Assembly: GCA_951406725.2 (NCBI GenBank)
Contig: OX597832.1
Span: 4,526,001-4,590,000, forward strand
Source of the DNA: Octopus vulgaris
Taxonomy: Eukaryota
Direction: 5' to 3'
Length of the DNA: 64,000 bases
Positions 62,504 through 64,000 of the stretch are shown here, in pieces. Within the stretch, counting starts at the first letter, position 1. Each line of letters begins with the position of its first letter. The translations under genes were made by a program, and so were the position numbers. The notes under the pieces are model-generated. The model worked only from the letters and a program-made list of their open reading frames with translations, was not told the DNA's origin and did not search any database.

Positions 62504-62580
62504 CATGTAAAGGACTGGAAATTGATGCAAGTAGAACTAATGTAAAAACAGGATTCCCACTGCTGATGGCATTTTGAATT
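62504..62580 (-). CDS. Internal exon of cAMP receptor-like (Dicty_CAR/GCR1-like) GPCR: ECL3 and start of TM7
   Basis: Minus strand tttttatttcAG|AATTCAAAATGCC...CCTTTACATG|GTaagtt, 77 nt, phase 2 to phase 1. Translates (x)IQNAISSGNPVFTLVLLASISSPLH(G), which resembles the GCR1/CrlA ECL3-TM7 pattern (cf. GCR1 NRIHDFIEPGHKIFWLSVL...GLFNSIAYG, from memory). Confidence 0.85.
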
Positions 62581-64000
62581 CTGAAATAAAAAAACAACTA
62601 TATAACACCAGAAAAAAAAAAAAGCTGCATTACAAATGAAGTTAGCTGTAGCTAGTCAAATTACATTCATGATTCTGACATCCATGACTGTCAAAACACT
62701 ATTATAGGAAAACCTCATGCCATCATTTTTTTTTACCATATCAAATCAACTATGGTAGTAGTTGAATAATATTCTTAAGGCCACAATTTACTCACATGTA
62801 GCATCATTCAGAGCTTGTCGCTAATTCAGTTCTTAAACAAATTGAAAACTGTTAACATTTTTGAAGAGGACTGGCCCCTAGCTACATTTTGGCATAAAAA
62901 ACAATTGAGATTTGATCCAGTAGAAAAAAGTTTACATCAAAATTTGTAGCAACGCCACCAATCAAGTTTAGGTCTAAATAATTTTTTATTTTAAAAGAAA
63001 AATATATTTATCTTAGCTTCAATGATAGAAGAAAGCATGAAGAATTTCATAGTTTTGGTCCCACGCAACAAAAATTTGCATCAAAAAAGTTGTGAGGTAA
63101 AATATCATGAATAAAAATATAAGGCAGAAAAATTGGATTTAAGTATAATTAATTCTTTTATTTAAAAAACAAACAAACTATATTTTAATTAAGATAGAAC
63201 TCAATTCGAGGAATTTCATGGTATCAATCTCATGCAATGGAGTTTTAAAAGAAAAAAAAGTTACGAGTGTTTGTTTCTCAAACTTGAGGGTGATAATAAT
63301 ATAGTTCTATACTTTTTTATGAATATAGTTCTATAAGGGGACTTTTATATATGTCACCAGCGTCATTGAGGTAAGGACAAAATTATCAACAACACTGCTA
63401 ATTGACACAGCTGACTCAATATTAATTAGCATAATAGCATAGCCTGGAAAAAACATGAACTACATGGAAAAATGCGAGGAAGAGAAATAATATTCATAAC
63501 ATTATAAACCTGAAAAATTACAGGACAAGTTATTACATTTGGAAAAGTTCAGGACAAATTATTACATCTGGTAAAGTACAGAACAAGAAAATTTTTACTT
63601 AAAATATTGCAGCTAAGGATAAAATTTGAATATTAAAAATTATTTGATTTTAATTTACAAAGTAACATTATAATTAAAAACGGTACCATCATTTTGTTAG
63701 AATATTGACACACTAGAATACTTAAAAAATGAGAGCCCGAAGTCCAATATAGCTAAAGTTTTGTGCAAAGTAGAATAGTATGTATGGTAGGCAAATTCAT
63801 TATGTAAAAAAATAGGCATTGGGTCAAGACTAAAAATTTGAAGACTTTAGGCAGTAACTTAAGCAAATTTTACTGTGAATTTGTTGTTATAGGTAGATTT
63901 TACTGTAATATATAACTAGTTTTCGTATTATTCTATTTATTGTACTAACTAATTATGTATACTATTATTTTTATAACCTATTTTCAAATTTCTGATTATT

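Noticed and set aside
62780-63900. Possible non-autonomous DNA transposon with short internal ~30-bp repeats (63510-63580)
   Set aside because: Could not identify TIRs, TSD or family from sequence alone.

Overview
Eukaryotic, AT-rich, microsatellite-dense genomic DNA. The repeat landscape (CORE- and Meta-type tRNA SINEs with internal (TA)n, RTE/CR1/R4 LINE fragments, hAT, mariner, Merlin and Helitron relics) strongly suggests an octopus or other coleoid cephalopod; this is inference. One host gene is well supported. Three in-frame spliced exons on the minus strand (62504-62580, 60527-60597, 36568-36711) encode the ECL3-TM7-C-tail of a Dictyostelium cAMP-receptor/GCR1-like GPCR, with a ~24 kb last intron and an apparently ~6 kb transposon-poor 3' UTR. 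Almost all ORFs in the supplied track are microsatellite artefacts or decayed transposon pieces. The most striking unannotated signal is at least eight type I hammerhead-ribozyme motifs from about six sequence families, with palindromic stem III where intact. They sit in short non-coding Penelope-like or retrozyme-like insertions that often carry fold-back (inverted) 5' ends, and two related insertions carry 13-bp target-site duplications. The best example, 26684-27220, has an intact core and a 337-bp repeat period. Also seen: locally templated 0.3-0.45 kb copy-paste events and a repeat carrying all three hammerhead core segments in a non-standard order. All alignments, translations and folds were done by eye.
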